A DNA stretch of 64,000 nt. It comes from the human T2T-CHM13v2.0 reference genome, Homo sapiens. The notes under the pieces are model-generated. The model was not told the origin of the DNA. It did not search any database and saw nothing but the letters and a program-made list of their open reading frames with translations. This document shows, one piece after another, positions 1-13,139 of the stretch (its first letter is position 1; the number at the start of each line of letters is the position of its first letter). The stretch lies in the NCBI RefSeq assembly GCF_009914755.1, contig NC_060932.1; one strand, given 5' to 3'. Both the position numbers and the translations under genes were made by a program.

Positions 1-310
1 ATGAGTGGAGCTGGAGGCTATTATTCTTAACAAACTAACACAACAACAGAAAAACAAATACCATATGTTCTCACTTACAAGTGGATGCTAAATGATGAGA
101 ACTCCTGAACACAAAGAAGGGAGTAACAGACACTGGGCTCTACTTAAGGGTGGAGGGTGGGAGAAGGGAGAGTAGCAAGAAAGATAACTACTGGATACTG
201 AGCTTAATACCTAGGTTATGAAATAATCTGTACAGCAAACCCCTGTGACACGAGTTTACTTATGTAACAAACTTTAACATGTACCCCTGAACCTATAATA
301 AAAAAGAAAA
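1..310 (+). mobile_element. L1PA13-16-like LINE-1, end of ORF2 plus 3' UTR and A tail (continues upstream of the window)
   Basis: Typical older-L1PA 3' UTR (aagataactactggatactgagcttaatacctagg...catgtacccctgaacct) followed by an A-rich tail. Confidence 0.85.
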
Positions 311-890
311 TAAATGCAACTCATTTTGTACATTGATTTTGTATCCTACTGGTTTCAGTTCAATTTATTAATTCTAGTAGGTTTTTTTTTTTGAGACTTC
401 ATGGTTTTCTAAATGTAGGATCAAGTAATCTGCAAACAAGGATAATTTTACTTTTTCTTTTCCAGTTTGGATGTCTTTGGTTTTTCTTGTCTGATTGTTC
501 TTGCTACTACTTTCAGTACTATATTGAATAGAGTGTTGAGAGTAGCATCTTTGCATTATACCAGATATTAGATAAATAGCTTTCATTTTCCCCCTTTTAT
601 TATGATTTTCACCAATGACTTTTATTATGTAGAGGAAATTTTTTCCATACCTGTTTTGTTGACAGTTCTTAACATAAAAAAGTGAACTTTGTCAAATGCC
701 CTTTCTCATTCTATTGAGATGATCATTTAATTTTTTTATTCTATTAATGCCATTGGAATTTTGATAGGATTGCACTGAATAATTGATTCCTTGATAGATT
801 TGAAAATGTAAAGCAACCTTGCATCTCAGGGATTAACCCCACTTGTCCATGGTGTATAATATTGTGATGTGTTTTTGAATTCAGTTTGAA
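311..890 (-). mobile_element. L1MA-type ORF2 fragment, probably the inverted 5' part of the adjacent L1MA
   Basis: Antisense ORF2 RT-region sequence; ORF 374..586(-) contains KLSLFADYLILHLEN, a degenerate FADD motif. Confidence 0.8.
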
Positions 891-2157
891 TATATGGTCA
901 ACTAATTTTTGACTAAGAAATCACAAAGGAGAAAAAATAGTTTCTTCAATAAATGATGCTGGTAAAATTGTATATATGCTTGCAAAAGAATGAAGCTGGT
1001 ACAATGTTACACTATACACAAAAATCAACTCAAAATAGATTAGGGACCTAGATGTAAGACATGAAGCCATAAAGCTCCTCAAAGAAAACATAGAAAAAAT
1101 ATTCTTCCTATTGGCAATGGCATTGTTTTTTGATATTTTTCCAAAAGCTCAGGCAACAAAAACAGGAATAAACAAGTGGGTTCACATAAAAAATATCTGC
1201 ATGACAAAAGCAACAACACAATGAAAAGGCAGTAAAACCTAAATGAGATACCACCTCACACCTATGAGGATGGTTGTTATCAAAAAGACAAGAGATGAGA
1301 AATGATGGTAAGGATGTGGATAAATGGAAACCCTTGTGCACTATTGTTGCAAGTGTAAATTGGTACAGCCCTTATGAAAAACAGCATGAAAGTTCTTGAA
1401 AAATCAAATATAGAACTACCATGTGATCTAGTAATCTCTCTTCTCACTATATATCCAAAGGAAATGAAATCATCTCATAGAGACAGCTCCACTTCCTTTC
1501 ACTGAAGCATTATTAACAATAGCCAAGATGTGAAAACAAACTGTCAATAGAAGAATAAATGAATAAATTTTGATATATATACCTATAAACATATATACAT
1601 ATTTTTCTATAGATATACATAGATATTTCTCTGTATATAGTTATTTCTCTATAAATATATTTCTATATGTATACGTATGTATCTATATATAAAATGGAAT
1701 ATTATTGAGCCTTTAAAAAGAAAATACTCCCATCAGTTAAGACAACATGAATTAATGTAAAAGACAGTATGTTAAATAAAACAAGCCAGCTACAAATAGA
1801 AAAATACCCCATAATCTTACTAGGTGGAATCTTAAAGTCAAATATGTATAAACAGAGAGTGTAGAATGGTGGCTACCAGTTATGCATAAGGGGAGAAAAT
1901 GGGGCTATGTAGGTTGAAGGGAACAAACCTGTAATTACGTAGGACAAATAAGTCTAGAGATCAATTGTGATGACTAGTTAATTATGTACCGTGTACTTGA
2001 ATTTTCTAAGAAAGTAGATCTCAGGTGTTTCCACTACAAAAAAGGTAACTAATGTGAGGTAAAAAAATATTAATTTGCTTGAGTGAAGAAATTTTACTAT
2101 GTATATTTATATCAAAACATCATGTTATGCATCTTAAATATGTACAATAAAATAAAT
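891..2157 (+). mobile_element. L1MA7-9-like LINE-1, 3' ORF2 plus 3' UTR
   Basis: Sense ORF2 C-terminal sequence (aatgagataccacctcacacctatgaggatgg) and an L1MA-type 3' UTR ending aataaaataaata; TA-rich insert at about 1570-1690. Confidence 0.8.
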
Positions 2158-3000
2158 ACATGCATACATTTAGAGGAAAACAAAAATGATGTCTTCTTTA
2201 AACTTGTCATTGTCTTGTCATATTATATATCATAATTGCTTTCATTATTGAAGACCACACATAGCCACAACAGCAATGTGAAAACCATGAGATAATCACC
2301 TAGTTTCAGGGGATGTGTCTTGCTAGCTGTGTACTAAATTAGACTGTCCTAAGAGACACTCCGAACTTCAACATTAATATTTCAACTGAATAGTAATAAT
2401 TTTTAAATGGTCAGGACAACAAGCAATAAGTAAAGGTGTAAGAAAAATAGTGTCACCCAATACCTTACATGTAAACATTTGCATTTCTTTTCACTATTCA
2501 GATCGGAACCAAGATAAAAAGTCTTCATTAGGCAGTTGTAGAACAGACATATTTGGATATATCCAATAAATGAGTACCTAATTAAATAAAAAAGTATCTA
2601 GTCACATGACTTATGACATTTTAGATAAATTGACATAAGTAAGATGGCAGTCAGATATTAATAAATGAATGAAGGACAAGAAGAAAACAGATACATGGAA
2701 AGAAACAGTATAAAAACAATGCACCTGTTGAACTCTATCTGAAATTAAAATACATTTGTCCATGGAAAATCTGTAAATGATAACAAATGCTATATATAGT
2801 ATGATAATTTTTATAGGTGTTTATATTCTGATTTAAACACAGGCAGTGTGTTTGTCACAACATAGAAACAAGTAATGAAAAAATGAAAGGAATTGAAAAA
2901 CTGCAGAATTATAAAATAGAGTTACATATATTTTTATGTTTGTTTCTTAGCTAAAAAGATGATGGAGTGTCTAATAAAATTACCCTAAAAATAATTTAGT

Positions 3001-3195
3001 TTGGTTCCAATTTAAAGATTTTTAGTGTATAAAAACAGACAAATAGTGAAAATGGCAGGTAATAGGTTGTAAATACTGACAGAAGAAAGTGGCTATTATG
3101 CTCATCGGTGGTCAGTGTTAGTCATATTATTATATAACTTTATTAAAGATCTGGAAAAAGCACCAAATGAGATATTAAAATTTGTAAATGGCACT
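3001..3195 (+). mobile_element. Probable CR1/L3 LINE reverse-transcriptase relic
   Basis: From 3112 the frame reads SVLVILLYNFIKDLEKAPNEILKFVNGT, resembling CR1 RT [30 protein letters not shown]; ttt gta aat ggc act differs from a FADDT coding by one base in each of three codons. Confidence 0.55.
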
Positions 3196-5819
3196 TGTTA
3201 TAACTATTTGCTTATGACTCAGTAATTATTTTATTATTATTTGAACTTAATAGCGACAGTTTTATGTTAATAGTGCAGAACTAAAATAAAAAATAAAATT
3301 GAACAATGAATTTAGAGGGCTGTAGAAATATGTAAGGAGAATACTCAAACATTTCTGGATAAACATAGCTCACATAACCTTTGATTCTATTTTCTTCTCA
3401 GAAATTTTATAGAATAAAGGAAGAAAAGTATATTTACATTATAGTAAGCAAGCATTTATTTTCTTCTTTCCATATATCACTCTACAAAATTAATCTCCAT
3501 TTTCATTCCAACTGAAGCAATGATAATAAAATGAATGGAGATATCTCTTTTATGTGGCACAAAACAAAGTAATAATAGTAGTAATGATCATGATAGAACT
3601 ACTATTAATACTAGTCCCACTATTAGATAACACTTATTAATACCTTTGTGTGTATCAGTTCTTATGTGGCATGCACTAAACTCACTTAGTCCTTGCAATA
3701 TAATAATCATTTATTATTGTTACTTAAATTCTTATAGAACGTTTAACAGGAATCTAATAATTGGTTTTTGAGTATTGATATATCAAATATAAGAAGTCCA
3801 GACACCTAGGGCATTACAGAGTCAGATTGTGCATAGCTTTCCACTAACAATATCTTTTTGAGAAATTTTATTATCGTAGCTCATGTCGAATGCTTCTACT
3901 TGGAGATTAATATTTGGGGGAAAAATACATTATATAAAGGAGACAGAAAACTCCTTTGTAAAACATGACATCTAATCTGTGCCCAAGGCTGAGAAATTGT
4001 GGTTCATTAGAATGATGACGTACAAATCAATCACTAGTAATTAAGCACTCATACCTACAACTGATAAATCGATATTGGTTTCAATATGAAATTTCAACAT
4101 ATGAAAACAGACTCATAGTGGGGAAACACAGCAGGAAATAAGTTGTAAATACAAAAGAAAATGGCCGTTATGCTGGTCAGAGGTCAGTGTTTATCATATT
4201 TGTCATATACTTTAGTCATACCCTTGTTAATACAGTCATAATACCTTGAGAAGATGCATTTGTCAAATTATTGCAAATTATATTTTTTGAGTTCTGGATA
4301 TACATATAAAACTAAGGTTGATTACAACATGCATTAAATGGATACTTGATCAATTGCTTAGTTAATGCCAGATTGGCTATTATGGCATTCTGAGGCCAAA
4401 CATTGAACATTTTAAAGAAGCTATAGAAATAACCAAAATTTTACTTCCTAAATTTATTAGCAATGTGTCTTAATGTATATATAAATGTATGTAAATAGTA
4501 AAATTTTCATTGTCTAAAGTGAATTAAAAATGTGTGATAAAGGCAATAAGGAAGGCAAAAAAGTTGTTCTTAGATTTTTAGAGTCATCTTTAGTACTGTC
4601 TGATCCACTGGAGCATAAACAAATATTGTATTTTGCACAGGCATCAGTCATATTCTTAAATAGGCTATTTGCCAAGTTCATTTAAGTGATACTTCCATGA
4701 ACTGAAGTTCAGATTTATCAACTATATATTATATAGTTTTACTAAAATGTTATTTCAAGCATGTAGCCCTAGAGGTCACGCAATTTAACTGTCTTGCAGT
4801 TATAATAATTGATTATAGTAGAAGTCAGATGGCTAGTGTATGAAACTTATAGCCATAACTGAACTCCATTAAACACCTTCACAATGTCAAAATCAGTTGC
4901 TCCTAGCAGTGCCATTCCTGTTATCGTGTTGATCAAAAGGTAATGGGGAGTGACAAGCAATATCACAAACACTCCATCGTAAACAAAATATTCTTCAAAC
5001 ACTTAAATGGCTATGGTGATAGACTGTTTCATAATAGCCAAATCCAACAGTCTTTTACAGCTTTCTGAATCATGCCTATGTTTTGCAGAAACAAATATTC
5101 TCCTAAGGACTTTAAATACAAGCTGGTAAACTACCTGAAGAATAAAAGCAAAGAATAGTTCATGTGAAAAATCAATGTGAGAAACCGATTTCCATGAACA
5201 ACTTAAGTTTGCCTGGTTGTTTATATTCCCCATATAAATAACAATAACAATAATATTAATATATTACCTCCTCCCTGTTCAATAACATACTTTCAGTGTT
5301 GTATGAAATTAGGGTTTTCTCCTTGCTCCGAATGACTTATAACCTTCTCTTGTCACTGGACAATGCTACCTCATGTTTCATGATTTGCCTCAAATGTTAC
5401 TTTCCTTTTATTCCTTCCCCTAAACTTCTTCACTTCTAATCACAAATAATTAGCCTCCAATTTGTCTTTATAGCATTTCATTTAATATCTATAATATAGT
5501 AAAACCAAATAGCTCTATCTGTAACTCAAGTCACAGCATGCTCAGCAAGTGCAAATTGAATTCAGTGTTTTTGTCTTCCCAAGCGTAATTGCTCATACTC
5601 TAATCAATTATGTAAGTGATTTGAATTACCATCTATCTCTCTCAGCCACCAAGTGAGAAACTTGGAAACTGTTAATAACCTCACTATGTTTTCATTATCA
5701 ATTGATTTTTGTGAGTAAATCTTATCAGTACCTCCTTAATAAAGCATGTTTGAGCCATCATAATTTCTCTAGGTCAACTCCGCCCCCAGTATCAGATATC
5801 ACTGGGCTTGTCATTGGCT

Positions 5820-5821
<2 letters not shown>

Positions 5822-5854
<33 letters not shown>

Positions 5855-6100
5855 TGAGACTGAGTCTCGCTCTGTCGCCCAGGCTGGAGGGCAGTGGCAA
5901 GATCTGGGCTCACTGCAAGCTCCGCCTCCCGGGTTCACCCTGTTCTCCTGCCTCAGCCTCCTGAGTAGCTGGGACTACAGGCTCCCGCCACCACGCCCGG
6001 CTAATTTTTTGTATTTTAGCAGAGATGAGGTTTCACCGTGTTAGCCAGGATGGTCTCGATCTCCTGACCTTGTGATCTGCCCCACTCGGCCTCCCAAAGT
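5822..6100 (-). mobile_element. AluY, slightly 5'-truncated, with TSD gtcattggcttc (5810-5821 / 6099-6110)
   Basis: AluY diagnostics ctgcaagctccgcctcccgggttcac and ccgtgttagccaggatggtctcgatctcctgac; long pure T tail; flanking direct repeat. Confidence 0.93.
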
Positions 6101-7603
6101 CATTGGCTTCTTTTTTACTGGGCTGTCTGAAAATTGTCTCTATTCACTTTACCATTTTTTCAATATAATTTTCCCAAAAAGCAAATGTTATTTGATAACA
6201 TTATTAATAAGTCTAATATAATATCAAAGTACTCATGGACTTTAAGCCTATTGCCTATGGGGTTAATTTTTTAACAGAAAATAAATACTGTTTCTCAAAC
6301 TCAGCTCACACAATTTCCCAGTATCTTCTGTTGATACTTTCAATAAATCTTTTTGTCATTACTCTACAAATTAAATTATTCCTTTATATATCTAACAAAC
6401 ATTTATTGACTACTAATTATGTTGTGGACATTATTCTAGGTTCTGAAATTAATGACGGTGAACCACATCCACAAGCTAACAGACATTACTTTTTCTCTCA
6501 CCTTTCTCAGATTTTACTAAGTGTCACCTTCTAATTTAGGACTTCTTTGACATTCTGTTTAAAATTTCACCCCTCAAAACCCACCTTCTTTCCCTCTTCC
6601 TCAAACAGCTTTTTCCCATATCCCTTTTAATTCTGAACCTACTGTATATTCTAGATAGTTTATTTACACCCCTTCTTTGAGTGTAAACTAAACTCAATGA
6701 GGACTGACATTTGTGTTCATTAGAAGTCAGTAAAAACAGTGAATAACTCCAATATGTGAATGATTCTCAAAAAGAAATTAAATGTTAAATGACTTAAGCT
6801 GACATTTATATGGCCCTGTTACTGCTGTCTGAAGGGATATTTTTTTTCTCCATTGCCATACTAAATTATGTTTTATTTTATTCACAGACATTAAGGATTT
6901 ATATAAATTTCCACATCCCACTTTCTGTAATCCAATTAAATTCTTTTTATATGTCAAGCTTATGTTTCAGATATCTCCTTCTCTATGAAGCCTTGCTTCA
7001 CATCCCTGGTAGAACTGCTTTCTTCTCTGTGGCATCAAATAATAAGCAATGCTTCCACAAAGACATTTATTATAGTGTATATTAAATTTACTTTAATTTT
7101 ATTTACAATTATGTAGCATTAGGTGTGGTGAAGAAAGGGTAAGCATGCATTAGTCTGCAAATCAGAATTTTCTAGTGAATACTGTTGATTTTTTTCTCCT
7201 AGAGAACACATGAAAAGGTCTTATTAATTTTGTGGCTCAGATGAGTACTTTTTAATTTAAAATTTAAAATACTGATATGAAGAAACTTCTAAGATATACT
7301 GTTATAAAAAATTCAGTAAAGAATAATGTGTAAGCTTGCTTATGGAAAAACGTGAATAAATTCTTTATTGCTTATTCTCTTTACTTATGTTTATTGAGTA
7401 ATTTGAATATATTTTCTATGTAATAAATACAAAATAGACTCCAAAAAGAATACAGCTTCCCTCCCCCTTATGTGTGCTGGTCAGCAAAAAATCTAGAGAT
7501 ACATTTTGATTTCTACAAGTAAATTTTTTGATTCTTTAGGAGAGTTGAGCTATTAGTAATGAGCTGATAAAAATTACACATCAAGTCCTAAGGGAAAATA
7601 AGC

Positions 7604-7605
<2 letters not shown>

Positions 7606-7655
<50 letters not shown>
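7606..7655. repeat. (GT)25 perfect microsatellite
   Basis: Uninterrupted 50-bp GT run. Confidence 0.97.
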
Positions 7656-7657
<2 letters not shown>

Positions 7658-7682
7658 TACCCTTAGGAAACATTAAAATAAT

Positions 7683-8210
7683 GTTCATTGAATTTAACAA
7701 ATATTTATTGAGCTTCCATGCTAAGTGTTGAGTATATAGTTGTTAACCTAATATCTAAATTTTTGCCCTCTGGGAATTGCTGTCTATTCCAGAAAAATAA
7801 AAACAAATAATAATAACTACATTAATACATAAACATTAAAATGAATAAGTACAATATAAAGTAAGTGGTATTTCAGGAAAGCAGAGAGTGCTGCAATAGA
7901 TAATGAGAGAACAGGTCTTTCTGAGAAAACCTCTCAGGGGAGATAGTATCTATACTGAAGCTCAAAAAAAATGACACGGAATCAGCCATGAATCAGGAGT
8001 CGAGGAGCCACGTTCCCAGGAGAGAATGAGTTGGTCAAATGCTCTGAGGCAGTAAGGAGATCACTGTGAATCCTCAGATACTGGTGAGCAATGAACAAGA
8101 AACAGAGAGTAGCATGAATTAAGATTGAAGAAGTTTACAGACACCAAATTCTGTAGTACCGTGTAAAACAAGGAAAGGAATTTGGACTTTACTCCAAGTT
8201 CAAAGAGGGA
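7683..8210 (-). mobile_element. L2 3' fragment
   Basis: ttcattgaatttaacaaatatttattgagc is the reverse of the L2 3' terminus; further L2-like motifs (ggaatttggactttactcc). Confidence 0.6.
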
Positions 8211-8264
8211 TTACCTTAGCCTATGTTCGGTTCTTATAAATATTCCTGCAGGCAAACATGATGT

Positions 8265-8950
8265 CTTCCAATAGGTAAATGAATAAGCAAACTGTGAGAT
8301 ATCCATATATTAATAGTAAAATATTATTTGGTGATTTTAAAAAACCATTTCTTCTCCTCCAACTGGAGTAGGAAAAAATAATAATAATAAAAAGAAGTTG
8401 AAAAAAAGCTATCAAGCCATGAAAAGACAGGAGGGACCTTAAATGTATATTTCTAAGTGAAAGAAATGAGTCTGAAAATGCTATATTTTGTATAATTCTA
8501 ACTGTGTGATATTCTGGAAAAGATAAGACTATACTGGTAGTGAAGAGATCACTAGTTTCCAGAAGTTCATGGGAACATGAAAGGGAAAGATAAACAGGTG
8601 CATTTTGGGGTCGTGTAACTATTCTATATGATACTGTAAGAGTGCATATGTGACATTATGCATTTTCAAAAACCTGTAGAACTGTACAACAGAAGGAATA
8701 AACCCTAATGTAAATTATGAACTTTAGTTAACAGTAATGTCCTATGTTAGTATTATGTAAACACTATCTTATTTCTTCTGGATTAAGAATATATGTGAGT
8801 GGGTGTGGACATATGTGTGTGCACATCTGTACATCTGCACATTGTGGGTATAAAAATACAAGGGTATAGTAATAAAGTGTATTGTTATTGGCATCTGCAT
8901 CCTGTTTATTCCACTGCTGTGTAGATCTAATATAGCCTCATGATTTCCCA
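8265..8950 (+). mobile_element. L1MC1/2-like 3' UTR fragment
   Basis: gctatcaagccatgaaaagac...aaaccctaatgtaaattatgaactttagttaa matches the L1MC 3' end. Confidence 0.7.
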
Positions 8951-9091
8951 CATTTAAAAACATTTAATAATGATGGAAGAAAACATAACTAATGTAGCCA
9001 AGTTTTGAATCTTTAAAAGAAAAATGCCCAGACTATGAAAGCATCCTACATTTAAATGAAGGGTGGGGAATTAAAATATTGGTAACATCTT

Positions 9092-9791
9092 TAAAACTGC
9101 CTTTGCAAAAAAAAATATAACTGAGAAAATTATTACAGTGAACGTGATCCGACCTAATTGACTCCATCTTGCTTCTAACTTACAAGCTGTCCTTGTTCAT
9201 TCCTGGGTGTAGACCAAAGTAGCTTTGGGAGGAATTTAATTTAAAGTTTAACTTTGAAACAAAGATGATAGCCCTCTCCTGAAATAAGCCGCCTTCTTGC
9301 TTGGGGACAAGTCTGCCTTTGTAGGACTAACAAATTAACTACAAGACTAGAAATTATGTTTTAGGAGTCATGCAGCTGGAGGCAGCATGATTCTGAACCT
9401 GCTCCTGGGGATAACATCACTACTGTAAAACATAAGATCAGTGCTTTATTTTCCAGACCTTGCATTCTGTTGCACCAGTGGACACCGCACAGACCAGCAA
9501 TCTGGCTCAGCCAATTCTGTGATTCCACCCAGCAACACAAGACAGCAGGTAAAACCCACTTCCACTCCATATGATCTTACCTCTGAACTGACAAAATATC
9601 CTACCCACCAAATTATCCATAAAAACCCTGATGCTCAAATTTTCACAGACTGATTTGAGTAATAATAAAACTCCAGTCTCCTACACATCTGGTTCTGCAT
9701 GAATTAAACTCTTTCTCTGTTGCAACTCTCCTGTCCTGATACATTGGCCCTGTCTAGGCAGTGGGCAAGGAGAGTCTATTGGGAAGTTATA
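9092..9791 (+). mobile_element. LTR8-family (ERV1) solo LTR
   Basis: Starts taaaactgcctttgcaaaa...actgagaaaattattacagtgaa, contains ctccatcttgcttctaac and aataataaaactccagtctcc, ends gggcaagg...gttata; about 700 bp. Confidence 0.85.
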
Positions 9792-10197
9792 CCCTTATCT
9801 CTTGCTTTTTGTTCATAATATTCAATAAATATTTTTCCTTGTTTTGAGGAATGTAGAATATGAAGTAAATAATGGAGCAACAGAGTTTTTAAAAGAAATT
9901 TAATGAAATATGTGAATGAATATGTGAATATTACTGGAAAAAAATGAAATATTTAACTGATAAACTCTACTCGTTTGGAACACCATACTGCAAAGCAAAT
10001 GATGATAGAATAATGTATTTACTCTTTCTATCTCATTAACTCTGACCTTCCATTAAATAGTGTCTGTATTTCATTTATCTCGGGTTACAAGCACATATAA
10101 AATGCTATTTTATTTTATTGAGAATCAATCTATTTTTTATTAGATACTATGCTTAGAGGTCTGTATGATCTTTTAATCTTTAAACAACCTTAACAGG

Positions 10198-11130
10198 TTG
10201 TATCAGTTAAGGTAAAACAAGTTTTGTTTCTAAAACAAAAGTAAAAATTCATGGTGGTTTAAACAAGAAAATTGAGATTTCTTCAACATAATAGACTGAT
10301 TATAGGTATTCCAGGATTGTTATGACAGCTTTGGGATGTTAAAAATACAGGGTCCTCTTCTTTCTTTATCATCTTCAATCTGGCTATTGAATTGCCTCTA
10401 TTATGCTTAATCCAGCATCTCACCCTGCATTTCATTTAGCAGGGAGGAAAGAGGGAAATTGGAAGGGAAGATGTTTCTTCAATTTACAGACTCAATAGGT
10501 GCCCATATCACTTCTAATCTCATTTCATTGATCAGTAATTTAGTAACATGGGTATGCATAAGTCAAACAAAAATGGGCTGGGAGATGTGGTTTTTAACTC
10601 AATTGCCAAATAGCCAACAAAACTTCATGGCGTTCATTATTAAAGGAAGAAGGAAAGAGATAGTATTGTGAAAAAAGTGACATCTTTGCTTGAGTCCTTG
10701 CCTCTGGTCACCCAAATATCTAGGCATGCCCTGTTTCCTACATAGTAATATTACCCTCTCGCCATAATGGAAAACACTAAGTCCCATCCAATTACTGAAA
10801 TGAGATCAATGTTCATGATAATTTTCTCTGTCAAATTCAGTGATCTATAAACTTAAAGAACAATACTAATTTTTCAACTCAAAAATAACAAGGTGAAGCA
10901 AAATCAAGGTAAATCTACCTAAAAGACTATTTCAGAAAAAAGAATGAATAGGGAACATGTGTAAATCACTGGTCTGCAGCAATTATCAAATCTTTCTGGG
11001 CAAATGGTAAAATTTCCTGTCCTGGTAATGGGATAAGTTCCTTGGAAGCCTCTGGGGCTGCTTTATTGAGGGGGAATATCTTATTCATTATTTTCTGTGG
11101 TCACTGGATTTGTCTTGAAAAGGTAGACTT
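10198..11130 (-). mobile_element. MLT1J/K-like MaLR LTR with adjacent internal fragment
   Basis: Old MLT1 motifs (ggtggtttaaacaag; cacttctaatctcatttcattg; gggctgggagatgtggttttta), then MLT-int-like sequence. Confidence 0.55.
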
Positions 11131-11355
11131 CCTAGAAAAAGTTGGACAGCCTAAACGTATTTTAAAAATGGTCATTTTTTCTACATAAATTTTACAAGTG
11201 AAATTGATGTAGTTCATAATTACCTGAGCATAGAATTTAACTTTATTTTATGAATAAGTGTTTGAGGGGCATATTTTACCACCAAATATTCTAGTATTGC
11301 AACTAAGAAGTAAATTAAGAAAAATTATATTTAACATATTTTAAATTTATTAGGT

Positions 11356-11962
11356 GAATGGTCTTCAGCAACTTCTCCTGTAGTTATCAGAGAATCAGCT
11401 TCAATAATTGATCTCAATTGGCCGTTGTCAATTTCCAATGGCTGGCCACTATGCTCCTCATCTTCAAAGCTCTTGTCTCCTTTGCAAAACTTCTTGAAAA
11501 ACCACTGCACTGTATTTCACTTAGCAGGAAGGAAATAGGAAAATTGGAAGGGAAGATGTTTCTTTCCTTTACAGATTAAATAGGTGCTCATGTCACTTCT
11601 AATCTCATTTCAGTGAACAGAAATTTGGTAATATGGCCATGCATAAGTCAAATGGAAAGGGAGTTCATTAGGAGTTCCTGGGCCAAATAAAGGCGTTGAC
11701 ATTGCAAGGTGTCTCCGCTGCTCTATGATGGATTTTGAACTCGAACAAGAAAATCACTAGAATTTGCTTTTTGTCTAACATCATTTCCATTGTCTAAAAT
11801 AAATATAAAATAAACAGCAAGTAATGTCATTAGCAAAAAAACATAAAGTGAGAAATGTGTATTAAAGTGATATATAACATAGCCACATTTAAGAATGTAT
11901 TCCAATATCAAACTGCAAATTTCAACAATGCAAAAACTGCAATTATGTATGCACCACCCTGA
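11356..11962 (-). mobile_element. Hsmar1 mariner 5' fragment (TIR, 5' UTR, N-terminal transposase), interrupted at about 11515-11662
   Basis: Reverse strand matches the Hsmar1 start (MEMMLDKKQI...GPGT...KKFCKGDKSFEDEE...); degenerate TIR gcaccaccctga followed by TA at 11963-11964. Confidence 0.9.
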
Positions 11963-13139
11963 TATATTAACACAAATATAATTTATGTATGACAATATAT
12001 AATACTATACTGTATAGCAATATTAATATACTATATTTAAATATAATTTAGATACTAAACAAAAATTATTCATTATTTTAAAAAATCACATATTTTTATC
12101 TCAGTAGTGATATTTAAGGGAATAATATTACATATTCATATCAGCTTTTATTTGATGCCCTAGTATTCATGTAGATATTAGGTATGAGCACAAATATCTG
12201 ACCATTTTCTTTGTTTCTTCCTATATAATTAAGTCCTGAACTACATGCTCTTTTGTTATAAATCTATTTTCTTATTATTCCCTTTTCAATTACATTTGGA
12301 TCATTGTGTTGGTTTTCAAAAACTAGGTGTAAATGTAGAGTATCATATTTATTTTGGGATCTTCTGAGACAAGTAATGTGTAAACTATATTAACCCTTGG
12401 TTAACTGATGACATCATTGATTTTGGAGGAAAATCCTATTATAATCATAGAAATCACAAAAATGTTAACATTTTAAGTTTAACATTATTTATTTTCTTAT
12501 TTATTTTGACCAGTTTTCATTAAAAAGCAAATAACAAAGAGTCCTGAGAAGGATTATTCTGATATTCTTTTAGCATTATATCTTGAGAAAATACACAAAT
12601 AACATATGAAGATGAACGTTTGCTAAACAATGAAGGAACAATTTAAGCTTTAGACATGGGTAAATATGGAAGTACAATATTCTAGATGTTTATATCCCCA
12701 GAGGATAAAAATCCTAATAAAAATTGTATTAAGTTGTTCTCCAGTGCCTTTTTTCCCATCCTACATAATTGTCATGTTCTATTCCTTCATTTTTCAATAA
12801 TTTAACCCTAAAAATTTTGGGAAGAGAGCTGGCAATACAAATGATATAAAAGTCTATGACATTCTGAACAATGGTAATTAGTTAGCATCCACTCTCATCT
12901 TTCATTAAATTAATTATAAAGACGAAGACAAAAATAGCATCACATAAAAACAGCAATAACAAGGATGGAAAAAATGTTTTGTCAAAAACTTGAAGAAATT
13001 AATTTTTTTAATATAAAGATCATCAATGTCAACTTTGTCCTATATCCTTATTACTTTACAAAATTGATTGCTTCTTTCAGCAGGAAAAATTGTCTTCACT
13101 ACTTTCCAGCACACCACAAACATTCTGGTTCCTCTTTTA

